32,000 nucleotides of DNA from Formosa sp. Hel1_33_131 (lineage in GTDB: Bacteria > Bacteroidota > Bacteroidia > Flavobacteriales > Flavobacteriaceae), in assembly GCF_001735745.1 (NCBI RefSeq), contig NZ_CP017260.1, positions 1,650,001-1,682,000 of the forward strand, read 5' to 3'. Shown one piece after another: positions 30,896 to 32,000 of this stretch. Made by a program: the position numbers and the translations under genes. The notes beneath the pieces were generated by a model. That model saw nothing but the letters and a program-made list of their open reading frames with translations. It had not been told where the DNA came from and searched no databases. Position 1 is the stretch's first letter. Each line of letters starts with the position of its first letter.

Positions 30896-32000
30896 TTAAT
30901 TACTTTTTTTAATGATAAACAGGCCTCTATCAATATCACTAATAATAATGTTTCCACTTGTAAAATAGGGATATACATTCCAAACGCCGTTAAATGCAGC
31001 ACTGTCACTTTCTGGATAGGTGTCAAAAAACCCAATTTCAGTTAGGGCATCACTTCCTATTTGAGACACATCAAGGATTCGAACGCCTGCTCGATAATTG
31101 GCCAAAAAGTATTCATTTCCTTTGGTGTAGCCGTTATGATCGATGGCAAGTGTAGGACCTAAATAATCAAAGTCATAAAGAGGAGTGTCTAAGTCTGATA
31201 AATCAAACACTAAAGTTCGGGTATTATTCCCAACTCTCTGTTCATCAAGTTCGTCACCTACAATAAAATACCTCAAATCTTCTGTAAACCATCCTTGGTG
31301 GGTGTAGTGAGTATTAGAATATGTAATGGTTGATAAAATTGTTGGATTTGCTTTATCTGAAACATCCGCAATTACAATTTCATTTTCGTTACTGCCAACT
31401 AATATTTCTTTTCCAGTGTGGTCGCTGTCTGGTCCCGTATAGGTAATCACCTGAACATCGTGAGAATAGCCACCAGCAGCAAAGCCGCCTTCAGAAACGG
31501 GCGAAGTTGGGTTTTGGATGTTTATAAATAAGGCACCTCCAGAAAAAGGGCCACCACGACTTGTTCCTACGACATAGGCATATCCAGAAGTCTCGTTAAT
31601 AAAAATATTATGGGCACTCCCAAATTCTGTAAAATGGGTGTCGGCAGTAAACGTTTCGGGTGCGTTTGTAACAGATCGTAAACGAGTCAAATCAAAAACC
31701 TGCATGCCATGCCCAGAAGCTTCACTTACAATAAAGGCATGATTTTGATACACTTTGATATCTCTCCACAAGCTATTCACGGTTGCCGTGGGAAGGATCC
31801 CTACAAGTATAGGAGCAATGGGATTGCTGATGTCCACAAAAGCCGCATGAGAATTGAGTCCTACAAGTGCATATTCTTTATTCGTTGTTGGGTCGGTCCA
31901 GCCCCAAGAGTCATTTCCAGAAAGACTTCCTCCACCCGTACCGGGAGTCAAATCGTCTAGAGACATATAACTCATAAGGTCATAACCATCGCAAGGGTAT
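30896..32000 (-). CDS. Choice-of-anchor B / LVIVD-repeat family protein (5' end outside the window)
   Basis: The frame stays open upstream of the listed Met to the window edge (..YPCDGYDLMSYMSLDDL..). ..GNDSWGWTDPTTNKEYALVG....FVDISNP..WRDIKVY.NHAFIVSE and repeated beta-propeller blades match the family. Confidence 0.75.
   Translation of the reverse strand, partial: YPCDGYDLMSYMSLDDLTPGTGGGSLSGNDSWGWTDPTTNKEYALVGLNSHAAFVDISNPIAPILVGILPTATVNSLWRDIKVYQNHAFIVSEASGHGMQVFDLTRLRSVTNAPETFTADTHFTEFGSAHNIFINETSGYAYVVGTSRGGPFSGGALFINIQNPTSPVSEGGFAAGGYSHDVQVITYTGPDSDHTGKEILVGSNENEIVIADVSDKANPTILSTITYSNTHYTHQGWFTEDLRYFIVGDELDEQRVGNNTRTLVFDLSDLDTPLYDFDYLGPTLAIDHNGYTKGNEYFLANYRAGVRILDVSQIGSDALTEIGFFDTYPESDSAAFNGVWNVYPYFTSGNIIISDIDRGLFIIKKSN

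Overview
The window looks like a chromosomal segment from a Flavobacteriia-type Bacteroidota genome. Support: PorP/SprF, a type B T9SS C-terminal domain, many lipoprotein signal peptides, and TAnnTTTG -7 boxes. Almost all genes are on the minus strand.

Layout, left to right:
- 1-2200: 3' end of a TonB-dependent receptor, its partner lipoprotein, and a small membrane protein.
- 2300-7650: an accessory stretch. It holds a cassette-like array of three small lipoprotein genes with recycled leaders, promoters and termini. One of these genes carries an 84-nt insertion exactly at its start codon. The stretch also contains an orphan T9SS C-terminal-domain ORF and a visibly AT-richer three-gene module with no family I recognise.
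- 7697-17582: a conserved T9SS operon of giant adhesin, PorP/SprF and OmpA. The ~2337-codon adhesin is split by a 1-nt deletion inside near-identical 606-bp tandem repeats.
- 17773-18987: hflX.
- 18988-19185: a palindrome-rich intergenic element.
- 19195-27591: a DUF3078 gene, then a complete suf Fe-S operon (sufA-like, B, C, D, S, E, DUF59, DUF2480) with two small lipoprotein genes embedded in it.
- 27697-32000: a tightly packed operon of a choice-of-anchor B/LVIVD protein, a 7-blade repeat lipoprotein, an MbnP-like protein and a di-haem MbnH/MauG-like peroxidase.

The best candidates for something undescribed are the AT-rich orphan module, whose lipoprotein has a C-terminal segment resembling a beta-pore-forming hairpin, and the promoter-carrying lipoprotein cassette array next to it.

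All functional calls come from motif recognition by eye. No database search, GC calculation or structure prediction was run. Identity and composition statements are visual estimates.
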